Translations under genes and position numbers: made by a program | The notes under the pieces: model-generated | What the model was told of the DNA's origin: nothing | What the model saw: the letters and a program-made list of their open reading frames with translations, nothing else | Databases searched by the model: none | Part shown: piece after piece, positions 1 to 9,591 of the stretch | Layout of the letters: each line of letters begins with the position of its first letter | Numbering within the stretch: the stretch's first letter is position 1 | Assembly: GCA_965224085.1 (NCBI GenBank) | Contig: CBDCYI010000011.1 | Span: 128,001 to 192,000 of the forward strand | Direction: 5' to 3' | DNA: 64,000 bases | Source of the DNA: Candidatus Marinacidobacterales bacterium | Lineage (GTDB): Bacteria; Acidobacteriota; Vicinamibacteria; Marinacidobacterales; SMYC01

Positions 1-590
1 TATATCATTCGTACAAGCCTCACCGAAGAGGCCATCTCCGCAGACGAAGCTGTCAAGACCTACAAAGGCTTGGCAGTCGTTGAACGCGCTTTTCGTTGCT
101 GCAAAACCGTGGATTTGAAAGTACGGCCCATCTATCACTACAACGCTGAGCGAGTTCGAGCTCACATCTTTCTTTGCATGCTCGCCTACTACGTGGAATG
201 GCACATGCGAAAAGCCCTCGCCCCGATCTTGTTTGACGACGACGACACTGACGGTGCCCAAGCCAAACGCTCATCCATCGTCAGCCCAGCAACGTCTTCA
301 GACTCCGCCCAGGCAAAGGCTTCTACCAAGAAGTCTCCCGATGGGTTGCCCGTCCACAGTTTCAGAACGCTTCTTTCTGATCTTGCTACGGTCACGAAAA
401 ATCAAGTCGAAAACGACGCCCGCGGCCTGTCCTTCGTCAGCGTTACTCGCCCTACACCCTTGCAGCACAAAGCATTCAACCTCCTCGGAATCAATCCCCG
501 CACGATGTAAGCAGTACACACGCCTCTCTTAAAAAACAAGACTAATGATGCCAACACTTACGCTTGTTCATCTGTGGAAGTTCCGCTTAG
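1..590 (+). mobile_element. IS1634-family element, 3' part (transposase C-terminus <1..510 and right end)
   Basis: YKGLAVVERAFRCCKTVDLKVRPIYHYNAERVRAHIFLCMLAYYVEWHMR is the typical IS1634/IS4-like DDE C-terminus. The element ends ...GGAAGTTCCGCTTAG. Confidence 0.85.
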
Positions 591-616
591 AGACCTAAAA
601 GGGAAACATGGGCTAG
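586..616 (+). repeat. Right-end tip (31 bp) of the IS1634 element found intact at 35293-37302
   Basis: CTTAGAGACCTAAAAGGGAAACATGGGCTAG is identical to 37272-37302 and, reverse-complemented, to 26880-26910. Confidence 0.9.
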
Positions 617-780
617 TGTAGGGCAAGCGGATCGGACGAAGCAGGTCGATGATTCTCTCTGGCCAGCTGCTCAAGACACAGATATCCACAAGCAGCTGGG
701 GAACAAACGGCACCAGGCCAGGCGGCACGTCGAGTGCCGCTTTGTACTCGCGGGTCGTCGCAGCGGGCGTCCTTAAAATT

Positions 781-1911
781 CTACCGCAGGCCGAAGTGGC
801 GCTCCGTCGTGCCCTGAAACCGGTTCGGATCGAACAGCGGCAACTCGGTTTCTTTTCCCAGAATATGCTCGGCCAAAAGCTTTCCCACGTACGGCCCGAT
901 GGTGAAGCCACCGCGGGTACAACCGACGACGAAGGCATTCGGCAGTTCGTTCAACTCTCCGGCAAGCGGCATGTAGTCGGCAACGAAGCCCTCGAAACCA
1001 TGCCAGGTCCGCACCAATCGCGTCTTTGCCAGGGCGGGAATCGTGTGTTGCGCCAGACGGAGGTTTCCGATCAAGTTTTCCATGACGATGTCGGTCCGGC
1101 CTTCGTCGAGTGTGCCCGAGCCTTGCCAGCCGCCACCGATCAAAACCGTTCCGTTGGTCGACTGCTTCAGCGTCAATAGACCGAGAGCGTGAACGAGGAC
1201 CCGGGTGATGGTTGCAGGGCAGCGCTCGGTTACCGCCACCTGGTTGATGCGAACGCGAACCGGCAGAGAAGCGCCCAGATTGCGGGTGAGCGTTCCGAGC
1301 CAAGCTCCTCCCGCCATGACGAGACGCCGAGCCCGAAGGGTGGCGCCCTTACCGGTCACGGAGAAACCCTCTCCGTCTCGGGCCAGCGCGGTGACTTCGA
1401 AACCCTCCCGGACATCGACTCGGGCCTGGAGGAGCATCTTGCGATAGGCAAGCCCGGTGAGAGCGGAGTTAGCGAAGCCATCGAAAGGGCAGTAGCTCGC
1501 CAGAACGACGTGTGAAGAGAGTGACGGCTCGAGCTCGCGAGCGCGAGCCGCATCGACGATCTCGATGGGCGCTCCCGCTTGCCGTTTCTCCTCCATGTGG
1601 GTTCTCATGGCTTCCGCCTCTTCCTCGGTGAAGGCGTTGCTGAGGCCGCCGATACGGCGGTAACCGACGTCGACACCCGATCGCTCCGCCATCGTTTCCC
1701 ACAGATCCAGGCTTCGGAGCGCGTAGGGTATGAGACCGACTCGCTTGTTCTGAAGGGACAGCGTACCCGCGTTCACCCCCGAAGCCGAGGAGCACAGACC
1801 GCGGCGGTCGAGCACCGCGACGCGCATCCCCGCTTCCGCCAGGTGGAGAGCAGTGGTGCAGCCCATGATGCCCCCACCAAGGACGACGACATCGAGTACT
1901 CGCTCGCTCAC
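781..1911 (-). CDS. FAD-dependent oxidoreductase, DadA/SoxB/OoxB(HcnC)-like beta subunit
   Basis: N-terminal GGGIMG FAD motif, ASGVNAG, C-terminal GGFTIGP; 376 aa. Confidence 0.85.
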   Translation of the reverse strand: MSERVLDVVVLGGGIMGCTTALHLAEAGMRVAVLDRRGLCSSASGVNAGTLSLQNKRVGLIPYALRSLDLWETMAERSGVDVGYRRIGGLSNAFTEEEAEAMRTHMEEKRQAGAPIEIVDAARARELEPSLSSHVVLASYCPFDGFANSALTGLAYRKMLLQARVDVREGFEVTALARDGEGFSVTGKGATLRARRLVMAGGAWLGTLTRNLGASLPVRVRINQVAVTERCPATITRVLVHALGLLTLKQSTNGTVLIGGGWQGSGTLDEGRTDIVMENLIGNLRLAQHTIPALAKTRLVRTWHGFEGFVADYMPLAGELNELPNAFVVGCTRGGFTIGPYVGKLLAEHILGKETELPLFDPNRFQGTTERHFGLR

Positions 1912-2831
1912 GCCGACGCCATCCGCTCCGGGGAAGCCGGCAGGAGATGGATCTCCTCGAGCACGGCACGAATCGTGTCTCTCTGCTCTGGGCTCAACGG
2001 CTTGATCGGATCGCGGGGCCAGCCGCCCGGTCGGCCGAGCAGGTCGAGGGCGGCTTTGACCCCGGCCGGGAACGTGCCCACGCCAAACATCGCGGCGTTC
2101 AGCGTTGCCATATCCGCCTGCATCAGGCGAGCCTCGTGGAGATCACCGGACACCACGGTGTCGTAGAACTCCCGTGAGCGCTTTCCGAGAACCGGTGTCG
2201 AGGAGTCGATGTAGCCGACGGCGCCCGCCGATAGGCAAGCAAGGCCGATCACGCTCGCGTAGCCGGCCAGAACCGACATGCGGTCCCCAACCCGGCGGAT
2301 CATCTCGGAGAGCAACACGAAATCCTTCGAGCTCTCTTTGAGAGCGATCACTCGCGGCTCGTCCGCCAGACGATCGACGAGATCGGCGGACAACGTGATG
2401 CCGGTGCGACGAGGGATGTTGTAGACCACGATGGGAAGCTTTGTCGCTTCGAGGATCTTCCGGTAGTAGTCCTCGATCTCCTCTTCTCCCGGCAGCACGT
2501 ACCACGGCGGCTGGATCATGATGGCGTCGCATCCGGCTCGCTCCGCCTGGTGGGCTTTGAAGATCGCTTTGTGCGCGCTCGTGGCGCCGCAGCCGGCGAT
2601 GACCGGTAGGCGTTCATTCGCCTGATCGACGGCGGTCTGGAAGACCTCGAGGCGCTCCTCGTCTTGGAGCGCCCAGGACTCACCGGTACACCCGTTCACC
2701 AGCAACCCGTGGACCCCGTCGTCGATGACCAGGTCGATCAGTTTTCGCAAAGCCGCAAGATCCAGACCTTCGTCCTCGTCAAACGGCGTGGTGAGAGCGG
2801 GTACCACTCCTTTCAGTTCCAGCATCGTCAT
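1908..2831 (-). CDS. Dihydrodipicolinate synthase/N-acetylneuraminate lyase family protein (paralog 1)
   Basis: GVVPALTTPF, GCTGE, YNIPRRTG, Schiff-base Lys in ALKESS. Confidence 0.9.
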   Translation of the reverse strand: MTMLELKGVVPALTTPFDEDEGLDLAALRKLIDLVIDDGVHGLLVNGCTGESWALQDEERLEVFQTAVDQANERLPVIAGCGATSAHKAIFKAHQAERAGCDAIMIQPPWYVLPGEEEIEDYYRKILEATKLPIVVYNIPRRTGITLSADLVDRLADEPRVIALKESSKDFVLLSEMIRRVGDRMSVLAGYASVIGLACLSAGAVGYIDSSTPVLGKRSREFYDTVVSGDLHEARLMQADMATLNAAMFGVGTFPAGVKAALDLLGRPGGWPRDPIKPLSPEQRDTIRAVLEEIHLLPASPERMASA

Positions 2832-2840
2832 CTCTCCTTT

Positions 2841-4274
2841 TCAACGAGGAGGGGGTGGCGGAAGGGGAATCTCCTCGTAACGAAACTCTCCGGTAAGGAT
2901 CTCCATGAGCACGGGGCGAAGCGGTGCTCGCCCCGTCCACTGCCCGACTTGGTCCCGGTTGCCCACGCGTGCCGCGAGCAGGCTCGCCACCGCCTCACCG
3001 CACATGCGTCCCTGGCACGGTCCCATCCCGCACCGCGTCCAGGCCTTGAGCTGATTCAGCTCTAAGGCGCCGTTGTCGAGGGCGTCGTCGATTTCGCCTC
3101 GGGGAACGTCTTCACAGCGGCACACGACCGTGTCGCCAGTGATCGTTCCCACCAGACCGGGACGAAGCTTCATGAGCTGGCTCATCGCCGAGCCGAACCG
3201 CTCAGCGCGACGGAGCCGCCGTCTCGGCGTCGACATCGCCCGGGCCCAATCGTCGCGAGACACTTTTCCGAGATCGTAAGCAGCGGCGAGGCCGGCCAGC
3301 TCGCCTCTCAACGCGGCTGCCTTCGCTCCCGCGATCCCCGCCACGTCTCCCGCCACGTAGAGCCCGGGGAGCGACGTGCGAAAGAGCTCGTCGTGGGTGG
3401 CAACCCAGCCTCCCTCGTCGGCTCGATATTCGTGGTCTACACCGAGAAGTCGGCTCACCTCGGTTGCTGGAACGAGCCCGTGACCGACGGCGAGAACGTC
3501 CGTCTCGAAGACACGAGTTTCTTGGTCGGGGAGCGGCTTCCACTCGGAATCGACGGGGGTAACCCGAACCTCACGAACCCGATCCTCACCCCTCACTTCC
3601 GTGACCGCATGGCGGGAGAGCGCCGGCACTCCGGCGCCGCGGATCCGAGCCATCCAGCCCATTCCTTGAAACGCGAGATCGGGCCGGCCCATGAGACGAG
3701 GGGCCACACGAAGCGCATCCGCCGGGCCGTTCAAATCGACGACAGCCACGAGCTCCCCTCCTCCTTTGAGCACGCCGGCAGCAACGGCGAGAAGTAGGGG
3801 ACCGGCACCGGCGACGACCGTACGGCGGCCCGGCAACATCTGCTGGCTCTTCAGGAGGAGTGTCGCAGCGCCAAGACCGATCACGCCGGGTAGCGTCCAT
3901 CCGGGAAAAGGAATGACACGCTCGAAGGTCCCGGTGGCGAGGATCAAGCTCTTCGAGCGGAAGGACTCCAAACCGCCGGGGCCCACCGCTTCCAGGACGA
4001 AGCCGCGGCTCACCAGCCATACGGTACGACCGAAGTACGTCTCGACGTCGCTCCCCGCAAGCTCGTCGCGCAGGCGCGCTCCCCGCTGGTGCTCCGCTCC
4101 GAGAGCTCGGCGATCATCGACGGTGAAGCTCGACGGTGGTGCTTTGTAAATCTGACCTCCAGCGACGGGAGCTTCGTCGATCAACGCCACCCGGAGGCCG
4201 TGACGGCTGGCGGCGAGCGCCGCGCCTACTCCCGCAGGACCAGCCCCGAGAACGACGAGATCACTTTCCACCAT
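2841..4274 (-). CDS. FAD/NAD(P)-binding oxidoreductase with BFD-like [2Fe-2S] domain, OoxA/HcnB-like alpha subunit
   Basis: GAGPAG, ATG..ER.IPFPGWTLPGV, AGD, C-terminal CRCE...TRCGMGPCQGRMC. Confidence 0.9.
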   Translation of the reverse strand: MVESDLVVLGAGPAGVGAALAASRHGLRVALIDEAPVAGGQIYKAPPSSFTVDDRRALGAEHQRGARLRDELAGSDVETYFGRTVWLVSRGFVLEAVGPGGLESFRSKSLILATGTFERVIPFPGWTLPGVIGLGAATLLLKSQQMLPGRRTVVAGAGPLLLAVAAGVLKGGGELVAVVDLNGPADALRVAPRLMGRPDLAFQGMGWMARIRGAGVPALSRHAVTEVRGEDRVREVRVTPVDSEWKPLPDQETRVFETDVLAVGHGLVPATEVSRLLGVDHEYRADEGGWVATHDELFRTSLPGLYVAGDVAGIAGAKAAALRGELAGLAAAYDLGKVSRDDWARAMSTPRRRLRRAERFGSAMSQLMKLRPGLVGTITGDTVVCRCEDVPRGEIDDALDNGALELNQLKAWTRCGMGPCQGRMCGEAVASLLAARVGNRDQVGQWTGRAPLRPVLMEILTGEFRYEEIPLPPPPPR

Positions 4275-4277
4275 CGC

Positions 4278-4589
4278 TCAGCGCCTGAGATGGATTTCCA
4301 TTCCATCGCGGATCGGCGTCAGGCAGGCGGGCACGGTACGCCCGTCGACCTCCACCACGCACTCCTGACAGACGCCCATCGCGCAGAACACCCCTCTTGG
4401 TTGACCCAAACGCGGGCTCGATCGCAGGTAGACGACGCCGGCAGCGAGAAGCGCCGCTGCCACGCTCTCTCCCTCGTAGGCGGAGAGGGGCTGGCCGTCG
4501 ACGATGACGCTCGCCGGCAACGGTCTTTCGACGGCCTTGCCGATGCGGAGGTCCGTCGCGCGATGTCGGGATCGTTTCCAGAAAGCCAC
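4278..4589 (-). CDS. [2Fe-2S] protein, HcnA-like gamma subunit
   Basis: GESVAAALLAAG...PRGVFCAMGVCQECVVEVDG...ACLT. GTG start chosen just after the upstream SDR stop. Confidence 0.85.
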   Translation of the reverse strand: MAFWKRSRHRATDLRIGKAVERPLPASVIVDGQPLSAYEGESVAAALLAAGVVYLRSSPRLGQPRGVFCAMGVCQECVVEVDGRTVPACLTPIRDGMEIHLRR

Positions 4590-4593
4590 GGCG

Positions 4594-5382
4594 CTACATC
4601 CGCCCCGCATCGATGCGGAGAAACTCGCCCGTAATGGCGCTCGCTGCATCGCTGGCCAGGAACAGCGTCGCTTTCGCGACCTCATCGGACTCGACCCACC
4701 GCCGAAGGGCGGCCACGTCGGTGTAGGAGCTCTTGATGATCTCCTCACGCGAGCGTCCCTCCACTTTAGCCCGACGATCAACTACCCGTTCCATGAGCTC
4801 GCCGTGCACTGCGCCAGGGCAGACGGCGTTGACCCGTATTCCGTACTCTCCCACCTCATGGGCGACGGATTCCGTGATGCCGTTGACGGCAAACTTGGTT
4901 GCCACGTAAGCGCTGCGCTTCGGATACCCCCTCAACCCCGAAATCGAGGACACGTTGATGATGGAGCCACCGCCCCGCTCCTTCATCATCGGGATGGCGT
5001 ACTTGGTACACAGGGCAACCCCGCGTACGTTGACGGCCATCACTTCATCCCAGAGCTCCATGTCCATCTCCGAAGCTTCTGCGATGGGGCCGATCACACC
5101 GGCGTTGTTGACCAGAACATCGAGCCCGCCGTAGGTATGGCGGCAGAGCTCGAACAAGGCGGCCACGTCCTGCTCGCGGGAGACGTCGGCGCGGCAGGCG
5201 CTTCCGGAAATCTCCCCCGCCACTTCCTCGAGCGGCTCCTGGCGGCGCCCAGCGACGACCACCGAGCAGCCCCGGGCGGCAAACAGCCGAGCAATTGAGC
5301 GGCCGATACCGGTACCGCCTCCGGTGACGACGGCCACTTTGTTCGTCAGCACAGCTTCTCCGTTTCTCTCCGACATCGTCAT
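4594..5382 (-). CDS. SDR family NAD(P)-dependent oxidoreductase
   Basis: TGGGTGIG, NNAG, YVATK (YxxxK). ATG start overlaps the upstream TGA. Confidence 0.9.
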   Translation of the reverse strand: MTMSERNGEAVLTNKVAVVTGGGTGIGRSIARLFAARGCSVVVAGRRQEPLEEVAGEISGSACRADVSREQDVAALFELCRHTYGGLDVLVNNAGVIGPIAEASEMDMELWDEVMAVNVRGVALCTKYAIPMMKERGGGSIINVSSISGLRGYPKRSAYVATKFAVNGITESVAHEVGEYGIRVNAVCPGAVHGELMERVVDRRAKVEGRSREEIIKSSYTDVAALRRWVESDEVAKATLFLASDAASAITGEFLRIDAGRM

Positions 5383-6752
5383 GTCCCTCCCCGAACGAGG
5401 CGCTCGAAAGCAGAAAGGAAGTTCTCGATCTGCTCTTCGGTCGTCGCCAGCGACACGCAACCGTGGAGCTTGGTCGTCAAGAGGAAGCCTTCGTTCAGAA
5501 GCGCCAGCGACGCGAGCTCCTGCCACCGCCTGTCCACCTTAAGCGCGGTACGGTAATCGCGGATCGCAAGGTCGGTGGCGTTGATCTTGAATAGCGAGCC
5601 CACCCCCGTTACTCGCAGGGGAAGCCCTTCGCCGATCCTTCGGAGCTCACGACGAATCCGCTCGCCGGAAGCGTTGAGCTCCCGGAACACTCCGGGAGTG
5701 AGCGCCTCCATCGTGGCCCTTCCTGCGACCATGCTGACCGGATTGGCGCTGAAGGTTCCAAAGTGAGGCACGCGATTGGCGCGATTCGGCTCGGTCACCG
5801 CCATTACTTCGGCCCGCCCCACCACGGCTCCGGCCGGAAATCCACCGCCGATGATCTTGCCGAGGACGGTGAGATCGGGTTTGACGCCGAGGAGACCCTG
5901 TGCGCCGTGGTAGCCGACGCGCAAGGCGATGACCTCGTCAAAAATTAGCACCATCCCGTGTCGGTCACAGATAGCGCGAAGCCCTTCCAGGAAGCGGGGC
6001 TCTGGCCGAATCAGGCCCATGCGGTGGGCCACAGGCTCGACGAGGAGCGCCGCGATGCGATGGGCGTTGGCCTCGAGGAGCTTCTCGGTCGCACCGAGCT
6101 CGTTGAATGGAAGAACGAGGGTGCGCGAAGGATGGGGAGGCACTCCCAGCGATCCCACGATGGGGACCGGCCGATCCACCGGCCCGACGTCGGGGCTCCC
6201 CGTGGCAACCGACCAAAACACGTCGTCATACGTGCCGTGGTAGCTCCCCTCGAACTTGGCGATCCCCTCACGACCGGTCAAGCCCCGGGCAATCTGGATG
6301 GCTACCATGACCGCTTCGGTTCCCGAGTTGGTGAATCGGACGCGCTCGGCGGAGGCGAGCCGCTGGCAGAGAAGCCGCGCGAACTCCACGTCGAGCTCGG
6401 TCGGGGCGAAGAAAGCGGTTCCACGGGACAACTGCTCGTGGACGGCCGCCAAGACCCCGGGATCGCCGTGGCCAAGAGGCAACGACGAGGCGTTGAACCA
6501 GAGGTCGGTGATGCGGCGTCCGTCCGCGTCGGTAACCCATCCGCCTTCTCCGCGCGAGAGGAAAGGCGCATACGGTTGGCGCAGCACTGCATCGCGGGTC
6601 GAGCCGCCCGGCTGGAAGCTTTGGGCTTCCTCGTTCAGACGCGCGGACTCCGGCGTCAAGCTTCGGTAGCGCGCTTCGATGGCGGAGGCCCGCTCCTTGA
6701 GCGAAGCGTAAAAGTCGTCGGCGGAGGACTTGCGTTCAGGGGACGTCGACAC
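5379..6752 (-). CDS. Class-III PLP aminotransferase (glutamate-1-semialdehyde aminomutase-like)
   Basis: RFTNSGTEA, FEGSYHG, LIFDEV, LGKIIGGGFP, GTFSANP. Confidence 0.88.
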   Translation of the reverse strand: MSTSPERKSSADDFYASLKERASAIEARYRSLTPESARLNEEAQSFQPGGSTRDAVLRQPYAPFLSRGEGGWVTDADGRRITDLWFNASSLPLGHGDPGVLAAVHEQLSRGTAFFAPTELDVEFARLLCQRLASAERVRFTNSGTEAVMVAIQIARGLTGREGIAKFEGSYHGTYDDVFWSVATGSPDVGPVDRPVPIVGSLGVPPHPSRTLVLPFNELGATEKLLEANAHRIAALLVEPVAHRMGLIRPEPRFLEGLRAICDRHGMVLIFDEVIALRVGYHGAQGLLGVKPDLTVLGKIIGGGFPAGAVVGRAEVMAVTEPNRANRVPHFGTFSANPVSMVAGRATMEALTPGVFRELNASGERIRRELRRIGEGLPLRVTGVGSLFKINATDLAIRDYRTALKVDRRWQELASLALLNEGFLLTTKLHGCVSLATTEEQIENFLSAFERLVRGGT

Positions 6753-7548
6753 GGTTTTCTCCGAGAAGCGCGTCGGCGTCGTCCTGGGGGGAGTAGCCGA
6801 GCACTTCTCTCGCGTGGCTCAGATCGCGATAGCCCCTGGTGTTGTCGGATACGCCGTAGAAGATATCGAAACGAACCCTGGCCGGTGCCTCGATCGACTT
6901 CACGACTAGCTCGGCCAGATCCCGATGACTGACGAAGACCGCCCGCCCTCGGACGTCGCGGGGACGGTTCTCCGGACGCACGCTTCCTATACGAAGGCAG
7001 ATGACGGAGAGAGCGGTGGTCTCCGCATAAAAGCGTCCGAGCGCCTCGCCGAATAGCTTCGTCACCCCGTACAGGCTCATCGGCCTCGGCTCAACGTCTT
7101 TGGCAAGGCAAGCAACGGGCCCGTCCAGCTTTTGGTACTCGCCACGGGCTAGCTCCCGATAGGGAGAACTGTTCTCGTATCCCCTCACGGTGGCACCGCT
7201 GGAGGCGAAGACGATGCGGCGTAGGCCGGCATTCGCCGCGGCCTCGAACACGTTGTAGGTCCCGACGATGTTCGTCCGTTGAAGCTCGTAAAAGCCCGTC
7301 CTCGTACCCATCGGGCTCTGGACGCCTCCAGTGGCCGCAAGATGCACGACGGTATCGACGCCGGAGAAGGCGGGACGAATCGCCTCGAGCTCGGCGATGT
7401 CCGCCTGGAAGTTCCGCTCTCGAGCAAGACCGGGTGCGCCGCGGCGCGTGAGCGATGAGACCTGGTAGCGCTTCTCGAGTGCCGGTCGTATCGCCGCGCC
7501 GACGACGCCACTCAAGCCGGTGACCAGAATCTTGCGTTGCACCACCAT
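6736..7548 (-). CDS. NAD-dependent epimerase/dehydratase family (uronate dehydrogenase-like)
   Basis: ILVTGLSGVVG, VFASS, YGVTK, LRIG, FYGVSDN...LGYSPQDDA. ATG at 7548 preferred. Confidence 0.8.
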   Translation of the reverse strand: MVVQRKILVTGLSGVVGAAIRPALEKRYQVSSLTRRGAPGLARERNFQADIAELEAIRPAFSGVDTVVHLAATGGVQSPMGTRTGFYELQRTNIVGTYNVFEAAANAGLRRIVFASSGATVRGYENSSPYRELARGEYQKLDGPVACLAKDVEPRPMSLYGVTKLFGEALGRFYAETTALSVICLRIGSVRPENRPRDVRGRAVFVSHRDLAELVVKSIEAPARVRFDIFYGVSDNTRGYRDLSHAREVLGYSPQDDADALLGENRVDVP

Positions 7549-7554
7549 TCGTCG

Positions 7555-7790
7555 CTTCTGTTCGAACTGGGGCGCCACCGTTTCCTAGAAACGAAGGAGC
7601 ATTTCCGCGTCGTGTCCATAGGGGAACATCACGATGAAATCCTGAAAGCCCAGACTCTGAAATCGCCGCATTGTATCACCCACCTCGTCCTGGGTGCCGG
7701 CCGTGCCCACCCGCGTTGCCCGCTCCACGACCTCTTCACCCTTGGCGCCCGAGGGCAGCGACAAGCTCGGCGGATCGCTGTCTCAGCCCC
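7555..7790 (-). pseudogene. C-terminal remnant of an LLM-class flavin oxidoreductase
   Basis: Minus frame reads AGTQDEVGDTMRRFQSLGFQDFIVMFPYGHDAEMLLRF*ETVAPQF, resembling LLM C-termini. It has an internal stop and no N-terminus. Confidence 0.5.
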
Positions 7791-7853
7791 TTGTCGTCAA
7801 GCCGCGCCCCGCATGGGCTCGAGCTGAATGCCGAAGCGAGCCACGGCGCGCTC

Positions 7854-9155
7854 CTATCGGAGCATCCGCAGAACGAGGGCGGCGTATAGGCGGGCCCTTC
7901 TCATCGCGCTGTCGATGCTCGCGTATTCGTTGGGTGCGTGAGCGTTCTCGCCGCTTCCCTCGATCCCGAAGTTGATCCATTTGGCGCCCGTCGCCCAGAG
8001 ATCGGGCCTTCCTCCCCCGTTACTGCCCGTCCAGCCGGGCGAGCGGCCGACATAGTCGGGGGCGACCTCGCGGATTACTCGGACGAAAGGGTCGTTGTCG
8101 GTGAGCGTTTCCCAATAGTGCATCGGCACCCACTGTGTCGTCATCGGCTCGACGGTCACCTGAAGCTCGGGATCTTCTTTCTGGAGTCGCGCGAAGAGCG
8201 CTCGCATCTCCTCCAGCACCCCCTCGGGTGACTGGCCCGGCAGTAGCCGAATGTCGATCTGCGCCTCCGCCCAGTCGGGGACCTGATTGACTTTGTAGCC
8301 TCCCTCGATCTTTCCCGCTTCGACCACCGGCTTTCCTCCATAGAGAGGATTTCGGAAGAGCGGGTGCTCCTCGTACGTCATCCACTTATCGATGGTCTCG
8401 ATCTCGGTAAGGACTTTCGCAAGCTTGTAGATGGCGTTGACCGGGCGGCCCGGCTTGCCATCGCCGCGTCGGCCGGCCGTGTGTCCGCCAACGCCCGTGA
8501 CCCGGACTTTGACCCACGTCCAGCCGCCTGAGATCTTGACGATGTTCGGGCCGCCTTCGGTATCGAGATACCAGTCGGCCTTCAAAAGCTCGGGTTGTTC
8601 TTCGACGATGAAGGGAAGACTGTGAACCTGTGCGCCCTCGCCGGGAATGAACAGATGCACGAGCGTTCCGGAGAGCGGTATGCCTGCTTGCCGGATGGCT
8701 CGGCTAGCGAGGAGCGTGGCGGCGATCGCGGCCTTTTGATCCGAGGCGCCCAGCCCGTAGATGCGATCCCCATCCACGTGGCCGGAGAAGGGGTCGCGCT
8801 TCCATTTCGTGCGATCGCCGAGCGTCACGGTGTTGTAATGAGCAAGAAGACCGAGGGTCGGACCGTCGCTGGCTCCGCGCAGGCGCCCCACCACGGTCGG
8901 ATATCCGGGGGTGGGCTGAAGCACCTGTACGTCCATGCCGAGTTCTCGCAGGTAGCCGGCAAGGAAATCCGCCATCTCGCCGTGGTTGGCGAGGACGCCT
9001 TCGTCGTAATCGCTTCGGATGGCAATGAGTTGCCGGGTCAGCGAGACGAGCTCGTCTCGCTGGATGCGCTCGTCCACCGATGCGGGAAGCTGGGCATGTG
9101 CCGGGACCACCGCTCTAATCACGAGAGCCAGAGCGATGAAGACTCGTTCAACCAT
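7854..9155 (-). CDS. Secreted M20/ArgE/DapE-family metallohydrolase
   Basis: Signal peptide; AHYNTV, IYGLGASDQK, PGEG, GGHTA, KVNQVPD, ENAHAPNE. Confidence 0.85.
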   Translation of the reverse strand: MVERVFIALALVIRAVVPAHAQLPASVDERIQRDELVSLTRQLIAIRSDYDEGVLANHGEMADFLAGYLRELGMDVQVLQPTPGYPTVVGRLRGASDGPTLGLLAHYNTVTLGDRTKWKRDPFSGHVDGDRIYGLGASDQKAAIAATLLASRAIRQAGIPLSGTLVHLFIPGEGAQVHSLPFIVEEQPELLKADWYLDTEGGPNIVKISGGWTWVKVRVTGVGGHTAGRRGDGKPGRPVNAIYKLAKVLTEIETIDKWMTYEEHPLFRNPLYGGKPVVEAGKIEGGYKVNQVPDWAEAQIDIRLLPGQSPEGVLEEMRALFARLQKEDPELQVTVEPMTTQWVPMHYWETLTDNDPFVRVIREVAPDYVGRSPGWTGSNGGGRPDLWATGAKWINFGIEGSGENAHAPNEYASIDSAMRRARLYAALVLRMLR

Positions 9156-9208
9156 AGCGCCCTCCTTCGGAACGTGAGCATCTTACTCCTTTCGTAGCAC
9201 TCTTGTTC

Positions 9209-9346
9209 CACGGAATCGACTTGCTGGTGAACAACACCAGGGTCCTCGAGCGAACGCCTTTGTTGGAGATAACCGAGGAGGAGTGGGACTGGAACGTCGA
9301 CACCAACCTCAAGGGCTACTTTCTCGTCGGCCAGGCGGTGGCACGG
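9209..9346 (+). pseudogene. Internal fragment of an SDR gene
   Basis: HGIDLLVNNTRVLERTPLLEITEEEWDWNVDTNLKGYFLVGQAVAR, with no start or stop context. Confidence 0.6.
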
Positions 9347-9591
9347 TGGCGTGCTCGGTGGCCGTCGTGACCGGCCCGGGTCAGTCGTCCGCTCTTTTTA
9401 TCTGACGTTGACGCTGGCGCTCACAGTTGTGATCACGCTCGCGGCGGAAATTGTCCTTGTTCTTGCCGCGACTGATGGGGTATTAAGCAGACGAGGAGGG
9501 ACGACATGAGAGCTTCGTCCTCGAGAATCATGACATACGCTACACTGCCAGCTCAAAAGCTCGCGCCTTACGAGCGCCTCAACGGCTTCCG

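Noticed and set aside
781-4589. HCN synthase (hcnABC) call
   Set aside because: Same families, but the DHDPS gene inside the operon and the catabolic context favour an opine/imino-acid dehydrogenase.
5379-6752. hemL assignment
   Set aside because: Context is catabolic and the sequence is divergent; only a family-level call is supported.
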